Positions 7,097 through 15,840 of a stretch of 64,000 bases of DNA are shown in pieces. This stretch comes from Oscillospiraceae bacterium (GTDB lineage: Bacteria > Bacillota > Clostridia > Oscillospirales > CAG-272): NCBI GenBank assembly GCA_015064845.1, contig SVRL01000004.1, positions 14,398-78,397 on the forward strand. The letters run 5' to 3'. The translations under genes and the position numbers were made by a program. The first letter of the stretch is position 1; every line of letters begins with the position of its first letter. The notes beneath the pieces were generated by a model. That model made no database searches. It saw nothing but the letters and a program-made list of their open reading frames with translations, and was not told the DNA's origin.

Positions 7097-7618
7097 TCAG
7101 TTATTTTCGGGAATAGTCAAGGAGGCATCCGCCGTTACATTACTGTCGCCGGAATAAATTCCCCAACGAGGAGTAATGGTAACCATTGCATCTTCGGTTA
7201 CAATGATTTTAAAGGTTAATGTTTTTTCCTGAGCATCATTGTGTCGTTCAATATAATCCGTATAATATTTTTTTGCGGTAGATTCATCGGAGCCGACGGT
7301 AATGACAAGATAAGCAGAAGCACTGTCTTTGGGAAGTGTCATGGTAACCGTATACTCTCCGGAAGCCAAATTTTTTTCGAAAGGCGTATTAATATTCGCA
7401 GTTCCGATTGTTTCTTCTTTGGAAACAGATACGGAAACCAAGCATTTTTCTGCTGTTTTTATTTCATTGTGTCTGCTGGGCGCGTTATCTGAAAACCAAG
7501 CCCAAGTTGTGGAACAAAGGCAAAAAAGACACATAAGCAACCCAAAAATTGAGCTTAGCACCAGGCGTAAAAACGCCTTGTCCGTCAGCCGTTCCGTATT
7601 TTCATTTTGTTTATTCAA
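7097..7618 (-). CDS. Secreted protein with a SipW-dependent (TasA/camelysin-type) signal peptide
   Basis: The N-terminal anchor LRLVLSSIFGLLMCLFCLCS is followed by TTWAWFSD, which matches the T-x-A-x-F-[ST]-D motif of SipW-cognate signal peptides. The mature part looks beta-rich. Confidence 0.7.
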   Translation of the reverse strand: MNKQNENTERLTDKAFLRLVLSSIFGLLMCLFCLCSTTWAWFSDNAPSRHNEIKTAEKCLVSVSVSKEETIGTANINTPFEKNLASGEYTVTMTLPKDSASAYLVITVGSDESTAKKYYTDYIERHNDAQEKTLTFKIIVTEDAMVTITPRWGIYSGDSNVTADASLTIPENN

Positions 7619-7739
7619 AGCATTTCCTCCTTTGTACTTTTTGAATTGATCGCAGTTTATTTTTCAGCAATCAAAAGGCACAAACGGATTTATGCCCTTT
7701 GATCGCCGCCCAACCCCGAGGGGTTGGGGGGATAAAAAA

Positions 7740-8588
7740 TCAGTTTAATACTTCAAAGGTTACATTGGTAACTGTTACGCCATCAGCTTCGTTATACAAC
7801 GATTCGCTGTCCGTCGTATAAACAGCAGCATGTGCTTTATAACCATCATCGGGAGCAATCAGTTTAACGTCAGTTACAGTGCAATTTTCAAATTCAATCT
7901 TGTCGTTATTCGCTGCGTGAACAAATGCAACCATACCGGTAGTACAGAAGTCATAAGATGTTGCCTTTACAGTAACATTGGTTACATCGCAGTTTTTCAA
8001 AGTAGCGGTAATAGTACTTGCGCTTTCATTGTAAACGGTAGCAATAAGAGGAGCAACTTTATATCCGCCCGTGATTGTAGAATTCTTAACGTCAACATTG
8101 TCAAGAAGTACATTCTGATAGGACTGGACTGTGAGAATGGATGTATTAATCGCACTGCTGGTTACAGTCGCACCATCGAAAGTAAGATTTTTGATAGTAA
8201 CATCTCCGGAGCCTGCGAAGCGTGTAAACATTGCCTGACCGTTTACAGTGAGGTTGGAGATGGTTTTGCCATTACCGTCAATTTCGCTCAAAGTGAAAGC
8301 GGTATCAGCGTGGCTATCAACAGGGGTCCATGTTTTTCCGCTGAAATCAATATCAGAAAGCAGAGTGAATTTTACATTTTTTCCTGCTGTCTTATTTGCC
8401 ATCATCGCGTTGAGTGCTTCAAGTCCATTTGCATTGTCAACATAAAAGTTGTTGCTATTTTGTTCTTTATAAAGACCATCAGCAACGGAAGTCAAATATG
8501 TCTCGCCATCTACAGTTACAATAACTTCGCCTACGTTTGCAGGTTTGATTCTATAAAGACCATTGATAATACCATCGCCGACCAACAC
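7740..8588 (-). CDS. Right-handed beta-helix (adhesin/GLUG-like) repeat protein without a signal peptide; possibly a truncated gene
   Basis: LLSDIDFSGKTWTPV...IDGNGKTISNLTVNG...IKNLTFDGATV and repeated N-x-[TS]-V rungs. The only start options are GTG/TTG with no SD sequence, and there is an in-frame TAA three codons upstream. Confidence 0.6.
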   Translation of the reverse strand: MLVGDGIINGLYRIKPANVGEVIVTVDGETYLTSVADGLYKEQNSNNFYVDNANGLEALNAMMANKTAGKNVKFTLLSDIDFSGKTWTPVDSHADTAFTLSEIDGNGKTISNLTVNGQAMFTRFAGSGDVTIKNLTFDGATVTSSAINTSILTVQSYQNVLLDNVDVKNSTITGGYKVAPLIATVYNESASTITATLKNCDVTNVTVKATSYDFCTTGMVAFVHAANNDKIEFENCTVTDVKLIAPDDGYKAHAAVYTTDSESLYNEADGVTVTNVTFEVLN

Positions 8589-8621
8589 ATTTTCTATATT
8601 TACATTATAAAAAGCAAAAAA

Positions 8622-8657
8622 GCGGTTGAGGTTTTTACGCCTTAACCGCTGATTTTT
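8622..8657. terminator. Strong bidirectional hairpin between rpsI and the beta-helix gene
   Basis: A 10-bp stem, GCGGTTGAGG with CCTTAACCGC, is flanked by an A-tract and a T-tract. Confidence 0.6.
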
Positions 8658-8690
8658 TATATTTTTGAGCGTTCGGACATCAAACGGACA

Positions 8691-8739
8691 TCAAAACAGA
8701 AACGCCGTTCTGCAAAATCTCGCAAAAACGGCGTTTTTC
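8691..8739. terminator. Terminator downstream of rpsI
   Basis: An 8-bp stem, ACGCCGTT (8702-8709) with AACGGCGT (8727-8734), has T-rich runs on both strands. Confidence 0.6.
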
Positions 8740-8781
8740 TCTGTTTTTCTCTTGTTTTCTCGCTTTTTGATAATGTTGTAA

Positions 8782-9183
8782 TTATCTCTTGGAGAACTGG
8801 GGAGCGCGACGAGCGGCTTTGAGACCGTATTTCTTTCTTTCCTTCATTCTGGGGTCACGAGTGAGAAGACCTGCTCTCTTGAGCATGGGCTTGTAAGTTT
8901 CGTCAGCCTGAAGAAGAGCTTTTGCAACGCCGTGACGGATAGCACCTGCCTGACCGGAGATACCGCCGCCCTGAGCAGTGCAAACAATGTCAAACTTGCC
9001 TTCTGTGCCTGTTACAGCGAAAGGCTGGTTAACGATGAGTTTAAGAGTTTCAAGACCAAAGTAGTCGTCGATATCTCTCTTATTGATGGTGATTGCGCCT
9101 GTGCCGGGGTAAATACGAACACGAGCAACGGATTTTTTTCTTCTACCTGTACCGTAGAAGTAGGGTTTTGCACTTGTATACAT
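8782..9183 (-). CDS. rpsI: 30S ribosomal protein S9
   Basis: [14 protein letters not shown]...[14 protein letters not shown]...[25 protein letters not shown]. Confidence 0.97.
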   Translation of the reverse strand: MYTSAKPYFYGTGRRKKSVARVRIYPGTGAITINKRDIDDYFGLETLKLIVNQPFAVTGTEGKFDIVCTAQGGGISGQAGAIRHGVAKALLQADETYKPMLKRAGLLTRDPRMKERKKYGLKAARRAPQFSKR

Positions 9184-9203
9184 GGTTCTTAAACCTTCCT
9201 TTC

Positions 9204-9635
9204 TTAGCCTACGGTGTAGGTAATGGGCTGCTGAGCCTGCTGTTTGTGTTCAGCACCTGCATAAACTTTGAGACGAGTGATGCTGCGGTCGCCGATCTTG
9301 TTGTGGGGGAGCATACCCTTAACAGCGAGCTGCATTGCGAGTTCGGGCTTGGTTGCCATCAAAGTTTTGTACTGAACTTCTTTCAAACCACCGATGTAAC
9401 CGGTGTGACGGCGATAGTATTTCTGTTCAAGTTTCTTACCTGTAAGAACAGCTTTGCTTGCATTGATGATGATAACAAATTCACCGCAGTCAACGTGGGG
9501 GGTGAATTCAGGGCGATGTTTACCTCTGAGAATGTTAGCGGCAGCTACAGCAGTTTTACCGAGGGGTTTGTTTGCTGCATCGATTACGTACCATTTACGT
9601 TCCAGAGTCTCTTTTTTTGCCATAAAAGTAGACAT
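9204..9635 (-). CDS. rplM: 50S ribosomal protein L13
   Basis: [39 protein letters not shown]...[14 protein letters not shown] lies 9 nt upstream. Confidence 0.97.
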   Translation of the reverse strand: MSTFMAKKETLERKWYVIDAANKPLGKTAVAAANILRGKHRPEFTPHVDCGEFVIIINASKAVLTGKKLEQKYYRRHTGYIGGLKEVQYKTLMATKPELAMQLAVKGMLPHNKIGDRSITRLKVYAGAEHKQQAQQPITYTVG

Positions 9636-9693
9636 TGATAACTTCCTCCATAAATAAATCTTCAGGACATAGGGTGTCCTTTCTTCGTGTAAC
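9636..9693 (-). promoter_or_regulatory. 5' leader of rplM with a hairpin, possibly an L13-type ribosomal-protein leader
   Basis: Hairpin AGGACACCCTATGTCCT lies between the predicted transcription start and the SD sequence. Only position and hairpin support the call. Confidence 0.3.
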
Positions 9694-9700
9694 GCAAGAG

Positions 9701-9729
9701 ATTATAACACATTCTTTTTCACTTGTCAA
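9701..9729 (-). promoter_or_regulatory. Sigma-A promoter of rplM-rpsI
   Basis: The minus strand reads TTGACA, a 17-nt spacer, then TATAAT, a perfect consensus. Confidence 0.75.
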
Positions 9730-9775
9730 CACCTTTTTTAAAAGTTTTTTGTTTTTTTTAATTTAGCAATTCAAC

Positions 9776-9810
9776 ATCTCTCGTTTTCTCTTAAAATCTC
9801 TCGTTTTCTC
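9776..9810. repeat. Direct repeat ATCTCTCGTTTTCTC x2 with a 20-nt period
   Basis: Identical 15-mers at 9776-9790 and 9796-9810. A 15/16 related copy, CTCTTGTTTTCTCGCT, is at 8749-8764 on the other side of the rplM-rpsI operon. Confidence 0.5.
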
Positions 9811-9901
9811 GCTCAAACGAAAATAGCGGAAAACATTTTTTGAAAAATAAATTTTAAATTTTCCCACTTCAGATTTTTTATCTTTTCTTTTATCTTTGTT
9901 A

Positions 9902-9930
9902 TTGCATTTATGAAAAATATGTAGTATAAT
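9902..9930 (+). promoter_or_regulatory. Sigma-A promoter of prfA
   Basis: TTGCAT, a 17-nt spacer, then TATAAT, about 40 nt upstream of the prfA start. Confidence 0.65.
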
Positions 9931-9971
9931 ATAAAATGGTATGAAATGGGAAGAAAAAGGAGGAGAGTTTT

Positions 9972-11063
9972 ATGTTTGAAAAATTATCGGAAATTGAATC
10001 CCGTTTTGAAGAAATCGAACAACGCTTCTCCATGCCCGAAATTACGGGAAATGCGGAACGTTTTCGTGAAATGATGAAAGAACATAAAAAACTCTTTCCG
10101 ATCGTTGAAAAATTCCGTGAATATAAAAAAGCAAAAGCAATGGAAGAAGAAGCGCTGCTTTTGCTTGAAGATTCCGACGGAAATGATCCGGAAATCCACG
10201 CGCTTGCCGAAGACGAGCTTGCCGAAGCCAAAGAAAAAATTCTTTCATGTGAAAAAGAATTGCAAATACTTCTCTTACCGCGTGATCCGAATGACGATAA
10301 AAACGTCATCGTGGAAATCCGAGGCGGCGCGGGCGGCGAAGAATCTGCGCTTTTCGCGTACGATCTTTACCGAATGTATTCCATGTATGCAACTTCCTCC
10401 GGTTGGAAAACGGAACTATTGTCTTTGAATGAAACGGAACTCGGCGGCTTCAAAGAAGTTTCCTTTTCCGTGGACGGAGACGGTGCTTATTCCAAACTGA
10501 AATTTGAAAGCGGTGTCCACCGCGTACAGCGCGTTCCGCAAACGGAATCGCAAGGAAGAATCCATACCTCAACAGTAACCGTAGCCGTGCTTCCCGAAGT
10601 GGAAGATGTGGAAGTGGAGATCAATCCCGCAGACTTGGAAATCGAAACCTGTAAATCCAGCGGTGCGGGCGGACAGCACATCAACAAAACCGAATCCGCG
10701 ATTCGCATTTTGCATAAACCGAGCGGCATTGTTGTGGAATGCCAGGAAGAAAGAAGCCAATTCAAAAACCGCGATAAAGCCATGAAGCTTTTGCGCGCCA
10801 AATTATACGATATAGAAAAAACAAAACGCGACAGTGAAATTGCCGATGAACGCCGCCGCCAAGTGGGAACAGGAGACCGAAGCGAACGCATCAGAACCTA
10901 TAATTTTCCGCAAGGCAGAATAACCGACCATCGCATAGGACTCACGCTTTATACTTTGGATACCTTTATGAACGGAAGAATCGAAGCAGTCGTCAACGCT
11001 TTGATTGCCGCCGATACCGCCGCAAAACTCGGAAAAGGCTCAGAAGAAGTCTCCGCAGAATAA
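9972..11063 (+). CDS. prfA: Peptide chain release factor 1
   Basis: RVPQTESQGRIHTS (PxT tripeptide position), SSGAGGQHINKTESA (GGQ motif). RBS AAGGAGGAG. Confidence 0.95.
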   Translation: MFEKLSEIESRFEEIEQRFSMPEITGNAERFREMMKEHKKLFPIVEKFREYKKAKAMEEEALLLLEDSDGNDPEIHALAEDELAEAKEKILSCEKELQILLLPRDPNDDKNVIVEIRGGAGGEESALFAYDLYRMYSMYATSSGWKTELLSLNETELGGFKEVSFSVDGDGAYSKLKFESGVHRVQRVPQTESQGRIHTSTVTVAVLPEVEDVEVEINPADLEIETCKSSGAGGQHINKTESAIRILHKPSGIVVECQEERSQFKNRDKAMKLLRAKLYDIEKTKRDSEIADERRRQVGTGDRSERIRTYNFPQGRITDHRIGLTLYTLDTFMNGRIEAVVNALIAADTAAKLGKGSEEVSAE

Positions 11064-11088
11064 ATGAAAATATTGATAAATAAATGAT

Positions 11089-12141
11089 ATGAAAACAGAA
11101 TTGATAAAAATTGATTTTGCCAAGCCTCTTTCGGGACAGCTTTCCCTCCCCGCAAAAATTCTTGCCGAAGGCGGGCTCGTTGCGTTTCCGACGGAAACGG
11201 TTTACGGGCTTGGCGGAAATGCTTTGGATGCAAGCGCCGCAGGAAAAATATATGCAGCAAAAGGCAGACCGAGCGACAATCCCTTGATCGTGCATATCGC
11301 CCGTCCCGGCGATGCCGAAAAATACGCTGATACAAACCCTCTTTACGAAGCTTTGGCAAAGGCATTTATGCCCGGACCGCTGACCGTCGTTCTTCCGAAA
11401 AAAGAAATTATTCCCTTTTCGGTAACGGGCGGTTTGCAGACTGTTGGAATCCGCTGTCCCGGCGACCCCGTTGCCAGAGAGTTGATCCGCCTTGCGGGCG
11501 TTCCCGTTGCCGCACCGAGCGCCAACGTTTCAGGCAGACCAAGCCCCACTGCGGCAAGCCATGTTGCCGATGATTTGAACGGAAGAATTGACTGCATTAT
11601 CGACGGAGGCGAAGCAGAAGTCGGCTTGGAATCCACCATCGTAAAAATTGACGGAGATCGTTTGATCCTGCTCCGTCCGGGCGCAATCACACCTGAAATG
11701 CTCCGAACGGTATGTGAAAATGTTGTTTTGGATAACGGTATTTTGGGAAAACTTCCCGAAGGCGTATCTCCGCAAGCACCGGGAATGAAATACCGTCACT
11801 ACGCTCCGCGCGCAAAAGTATATCTCGTCCGCGCGGAAAACGAAGAACAAGCAGACCGTAAAGCAATTGCTTTCTTCCGTGCGCGGCTTGCGGAAAACCC
11901 CCAAGTCGGCATCCTTTGCTATGATGAACATCTTCCGTTTTTAAGCGGAGAAAACGTATATTCTTACGGCAAAAAAGAAGACGATCTGGCGCATTCCCAT
12001 TTGCTTTTTGATTGCTTACGCCGTTTTGATGAAACGGAAGCACCCGCCATTTACGCCGTGATCGGCAAAACGGAAGGCATTGGACTTGCGCTTTATAACA
12101 GAATGCTGAAAGCTTCGGCATACACGGTCATATATATATAA
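11089..12141 (+). CDS. tsaC: L-threonylcarbamoyladenylate synthase, long Sua5/YwlC form
   Basis: FPTETVYGLGGNALD, APSANVSGRPSPT and a C-terminal Sua5 domain; 350 aa. Confidence 0.9.
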   Translation: MKTELIKIDFAKPLSGQLSLPAKILAEGGLVAFPTETVYGLGGNALDASAAGKIYAAKGRPSDNPLIVHIARPGDAEKYADTNPLYEALAKAFMPGPLTVVLPKKEIIPFSVTGGLQTVGIRCPGDPVARELIRLAGVPVAAPSANVSGRPSPTAASHVADDLNGRIDCIIDGGEAEVGLESTIVKIDGDRLILLRPGAITPEMLRTVCENVVLDNGILGKLPEGVSPQAPGMKYRHYAPRAKVYLVRAENEEQADRKAIAFFRARLAENPQVGILCYDEHLPFLSGENVYSYGKKEDDLAHSHLLFDCLRRFDETEAPAIYAVIGKTEGIGLALYNRMLKASAYTVIYI

Positions 12142-12191
12142 ACAGATTACTGACAAAAATCGCTTACGTTCGAAACCAAAGGAGAACTTTC

Positions 12192-12779
12192 ATGCTGATT
12201 GGATTAACAGGAATGTCGGGCGCCGGTAAAAGCACGGTTGCCGCATGGTTTGAAAAAAAAGGCTTTCGCCTGATTGATTGCGATGCTTTGGTCCATTCTC
12301 TTTACGAAGATAGACAATACATCGTTCTTGTGGAACAAGCTTTCGGCAGGAACTATATCAAAAACGGATCCGTTGACCGAAGAAAACTCGGCACTTTGGT
12401 TTTTTCCGATCCAAACGCGCTGAAAAAACTCAATGAAACGGTATCTCCCTTTATTATGAGCGCGGTAACAGCACGTATTCAATCCGCAAAACAAGAGGAT
12501 ATCGCCACCGTTTTGGATGCACCGCTTCTTTTTGAATACGGTCTGGATAAATTCTGCGATATCGTAGTCGGTGTAACAACCGACATTGAAACCGCAGTCA
12601 AACGTCTTTCCGCAAGAGACGGACGGAATGAAACGGAAATCCGTTCCCGTCTGGCCTCCCAACACAATCCTGCATTTTTCCGCGAGCACTGCGATCATAT
12701 TCTTGAAAACAACGGCGATCTTCCGACACTCGCGCGGAATTTCGAAGACATGATGGAAAAAATTTATATTTACCGATAA
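12192..12779 (+). CDS. coaE: Dephospho-CoA kinase
   Basis: IGLTGMSGAGKSTV P-loop at the N-terminus, ~195 aa, typical CoaE layout. Confidence 0.9.
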   Translation: MLIGLTGMSGAGKSTVAAWFEKKGFRLIDCDALVHSLYEDRQYIVLVEQAFGRNYIKNGSVDRRKLGTLVFSDPNALKKLNETVSPFIMSAVTARIQSAKQEDIATVLDAPLLFEYGLDKFCDIVVGVTTDIETAVKRLSARDGRNETEIRSRLASQHNPAFFREHCDHILENNGDLPTLARNFEDMMEKIYIYR

Positions 12780-12802
12780 ATTTTGTATAAGGTGGTGGTG
12801 GT

Positions 12803-13885
12803 TTGACTCATACGGAAGAAAGAAACAAGAAAAGGAACGTATTGCGTATCGTTTTCATTTGCCTTTTGATCCTTGCACTGCTTTTTTCCACCGCATCGGG
12901 ATACGCCAAATTTTTGATCGACCGGTCCTTTTATCCGCGAGAATACCGCGCGCATGTGGAACAGTATGCAAATCTTTACGGTATGGAACCGAATTTGGTT
13001 TATGCGATCATAAAAGCGGAAAGCAAATTTTCGCACAAAGCAGTTTCCTCCGCAGGCGCGGTAGGCCTTATGCAAATCATGCCCAAAACATTCTCTGAAG
13101 ACATTTGTCATAAAATCGGATTATCGGATGATCCCGATCTGCTTTTGGAGCCTGAAATAAATATTCAAGCGGGTGTCTGGTATTTTACCCGTTGGTACGC
13201 CTATTACGGAACCTCCGAAGAAGCCTTGGCAGCTTATAATGCAGGCATCGGAAACGTCAACCAATGGATTGAAGACGGACTTTTGGACGAATACGGTTTT
13301 CTGGACGTGGAACAAATCCCATTTGAAGAAACAAAAAATTATGTAAAAGAAGTTCTCGGTTATAAAGAACGCTATGACGAGCTTTATGGGTCCGTTGCGG
13401 AATCGGGGAAAAAAATCCATGAAAACATCTGCCATGAATGGGCATTGCGTTACGGTTCAAAATACGGAATCGACTCCAGACTGATTTTGGCTGTCATCCG
13501 TACAGAAAGCACGTTTGATCCCACTTGCCTCTCTTCCTCGGGCGCAAAAGGACTCATGCAAATTCTGAAGTCCACGTATGAAGATGACATCAAAGTGCAT
13601 TTAAACTTGAAGGAAGGTTACAATGACCTGGAAAACGGGGAATTCAACGTCATGTGCGGAACGTATTATTTATATTGGCTTTCCCGTTATCTAAAAGGAA
13701 ATGAACAAATTCTCGCCGCTTATAACGGCGGAATCGGCAATGTGCAGCGTTGGCTGAAAAATGAAAAATATTCCCTTAACGGAAAAACCTTGATTGTGGA
13801 AAATATTCCCAATGAGGGCGTCCGTAATTATGTCAAACGGGTTTCGAAATATTACGCGGAATATTGTGCCCGTTACCGCAGATAA
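12803..13885 (+). CDS. Membrane-anchored lytic transglycosylase with two SLT domains
   Basis: N-terminal TM helix, then two copies of the SLT motif: AIIKAESKF...GLMQIMP and AVIRTESTF...GLMQIL, each followed by AYNAG/AYNGG. Confidence 0.8.
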   Translation: MTHTEERNKKRNVLRIVFICLLILALLFSTASGYAKFLIDRSFYPREYRAHVEQYANLYGMEPNLVYAIIKAESKFSHKAVSSAGAVGLMQIMPKTFSEDICHKIGLSDDPDLLLEPEINIQAGVWYFTRWYAYYGTSEEALAAYNAGIGNVNQWIEDGLLDEYGFLDVEQIPFEETKNYVKEVLGYKERYDELYGSVAESGKKIHENICHEWALRYGSKYGIDSRLILAVIRTESTFDPTCLSSSGAKGLMQILKSTYEDDIKVHLNLKEGYNDLENGEFNVMCGTYYLYWLSRYLKGNEQILAAYNGGIGNVQRWLKNEKYSLNGKTLIVENIPNEGVRNYVKRVSKYYAEYCARYRR

Positions 13886-13942
13886 CTGCGAAAAACGAAT
13901 TTTAAAAAACGTAAATTTTTTGATGAGAAAGGAAATATATCC

Positions 13943-15349
13943 ATGGCAGACTACAAAGAAAAATCTCAGGCACAGCTTCTCAAGGAACAGCTCTTTTACA
14001 AAGTAAAAAATACTTATAACGAGCTCTCCGAAGAAGCAATCGAAGCAGCGTATGCTTATGCGGAAGGTTACAAAAAGTATCTGGATGCAAGCAAAATTGA
14101 AAGAGAATGCGTAAAGGAAAGCATTCAAATGCTGGAAGCGGAAGGCTTCGTTCCGTATACTTTCGGCATGAAGGTTGTTGCAGGCGGCAAATACTACTGT
14201 AATAACCGCGGAAAAGGACTTTCCGCTTTCGTAATCGGTACGGAAAGCATCGAAAACGGTGTTTATTTCGCCGCTTCCCATATCGACTCTCCCCGCGTAG
14301 ACCTCAAAGCACATCCCCTTTATGAAACAGACGGTCTCGGCTATCTGAAAACACACTACTACGGCGGTATCAAAAAATATCAGTGGACAGCAATTCCGCT
14401 TGCGCTCCACGGCTCCGTTGTGAAAGCAGACGGAACCGTTGTAGACATCGTAATCGGCGAAGATGATTCCGATCCCGTATTCTACATCGACGATCTTCTC
14501 CCTCATCTCGCGGCAAACCAGATGGCCAAACCCGCAAAAGATGTGATTGCCGGCGAACAGCTCAATATTCTCTCCGGCTCCAGACCTTTTGAAAAAGATA
14601 TGCACGAAGGCGTAAAGCTGAATATCATGAAGATTCTCTACGATAAATACGGTATGACCGAATCCGATTTCCTGAGTGCTGAAATTTCCGCAGTGCCCTC
14701 CTTCAAAGCACGCGACGTCGGCTTTGACAGAAGTTTGATTGGCTCTTACGGTCATGACGACCGCGTTTGCGCATATCCTTCCCTGACCGCATTGATGGCG
14801 GTAAAGGATCCCAAACATACCATCATGGCAGTTCTTGCAGACAAAGAAGAAGTCGGCTCCGACGGTAACACCGGTATGCAGAGCGCCGCTTACTTTGATA
14901 TCATTACCGACCTTGCACGTACTTTCGGTGTATCCGATATCGTTGTAAGAGCAAACTCCAAGTGCCTCTCCTCCGACGTTAATGCGGCGTTTGACCCCAA
15001 TTTCCCCGAAGTTTCCGAAAAGAGAAACTCCTGCTTCGTCAATAACGGCGTAGTTATCACGAAATATACGGGCGCTAAGGGTAAATCCAGCACAAACGAT
15101 GCTTCCGCTGAATTCACAGGCACCATCCGCAATCTTCTCGATAAAGCAGGTGTCATCTGGCAGACATCCGAACTCGGTAAGATCGACCAGGGCGGCGGCG
15201 GTACCGTTGCAAAATACATTGCAAAATACAACATCGACGTCATCGACCTCGGTGTTCCGGTTCTTTCCATGCACGCTCCTTACGAAGTTGTTTCCAAAAC
15301 CGACGTTTATATGGTACACAAAGCGTTGGAAGCATTCTTCCAGGCATAA
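13943..15349 (+). CDS. M18-family aminopeptidase
   Basis: SHIDSPRVDLK, GSYGHDDRVCAY, ADKEEVGSDGNTG, LSMHAPYE. Confidence 0.85.
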   Translation: MADYKEKSQAQLLKEQLFYKVKNTYNELSEEAIEAAYAYAEGYKKYLDASKIERECVKESIQMLEAEGFVPYTFGMKVVAGGKYYCNNRGKGLSAFVIGTESIENGVYFAASHIDSPRVDLKAHPLYETDGLGYLKTHYYGGIKKYQWTAIPLALHGSVVKADGTVVDIVIGEDDSDPVFYIDDLLPHLAANQMAKPAKDVIAGEQLNILSGSRPFEKDMHEGVKLNIMKILYDKYGMTESDFLSAEISAVPSFKARDVGFDRSLIGSYGHDDRVCAYPSLTALMAVKDPKHTIMAVLADKEEVGSDGNTGMQSAAYFDIITDLARTFGVSDIVVRANSKCLSSDVNAAFDPNFPEVSEKRNSCFVNNGVVITKYTGAKGKSSTNDASAEFTGTIRNLLDKAGVIWQTSELGKIDQGGGGTVAKYIAKYNIDVIDLGVPVLSMHAPYEVVSKTDVYMVHKALEAFFQA

Positions 15350-15378
15350 TATAGCTGATATTGAATAATATAAAAATT

Positions 15379-15408
15379 CCCCGTTCCGATTGGAACGGGG
15401 TTTGCTTT
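15379..15408. terminator. Bidirectional terminator between the aminopeptidase gene and the XRE gene
   Basis: CCCCGTTCC with GGAACGGGG, followed by TTTGCTTT. Confidence 0.7.
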
Positions 15409-15448
15409 ATAATCAGCTTGAATAACCGATAGACAATTTCTCATAATT

Positions 15449-15691
15449 TTATTTTAATTCTTGTTCTAAATTCAAAAAATCTTCCGTGTTAAAAAAATCG
15501 ACTATGGTAATGTTCAATCCATCGCAAATTTTTTTGATAGTAGAAACGGTAGCACTGTTGTTGCGTCCGCTTACGATGTTGTTAAGGGTGGATTGCGTGA
15601 TTCCGCTTATGGTCGAAAGTTTATTAATCGTTATATCATTTTCTTTGCACAACTCAAGAATTCTTTTCACTACTGCTTCGCCGATGTTCAA
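15449..15691 (-). CDS. Small XRE-family HTH regulator
   Basis: ITINKLSTISGITQSTLNNIVSGRNN is an HTH motif. The start is moved to TTG at 15691 (MNIGEAVV...) because GGGAGGA lies 6 nt upstream, whereas the ORF-track ATG at 15706 has no SD sequence. Confidence 0.75.
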   Translation of the reverse strand: MNIGEAVVKRILELCKENDITINKLSTISGITQSTLNNIVSGRNNSATVSTIKKICDGLNITIVDFFNTEDFLNLEQELK

Positions 15692-15704
15692 ATTGATTCC
15701 TCCC

Positions 15705-15731
15705 ATAACAATTTTATACCTATATTGTTAT
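15705..15731. promoter_or_regulatory. Candidate operator: perfect 8-bp inverted repeat ATAACAAT-N11-ATTGTTAT
   Basis: The repeat lies in the divergent promoter region, just upstream of the XRE gene start. Confidence 0.4.
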
Positions 15732-15769
15732 CATACCTTTAATATTTGCAAAAAGTTAACTCATTTGGG

Positions 15770-15798
15770 TTGACTTTCTGCAGAACTTATGATAAGAT
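15770..15798 (+). promoter_or_regulatory. Promoter for the 15841 gene
   Basis: TTGACT, a 17-nt spacer, then TAAGAT, with TG at the extended -10 position. Confidence 0.55.
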
Positions 15799-15840
15799 AA
15801 ATTTATCACAATCAACTATGTATTCAGGGAGGATATTTTT

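Noticed and set aside
13691-15319. A very long (542 aa) ORF antisense to the M18 aminopeptidase gene. Similar long antisense ORFs occur at 28332-29930, 42108-43226, 57399-58463, 59271-60359, 52088-53098, 24480-25430, 40334-41209, 7830-8645 and 18631-19692.
   Set aside because: Each lies opposite a gene with unmistakable conserved motifs. Their translations are Phe/Ile/Cys/Arg-rich nonsense without motifs, and they lack SD sequences. They are shadow ORFs, caused by codon bias removing stop codons from the antisense frame.
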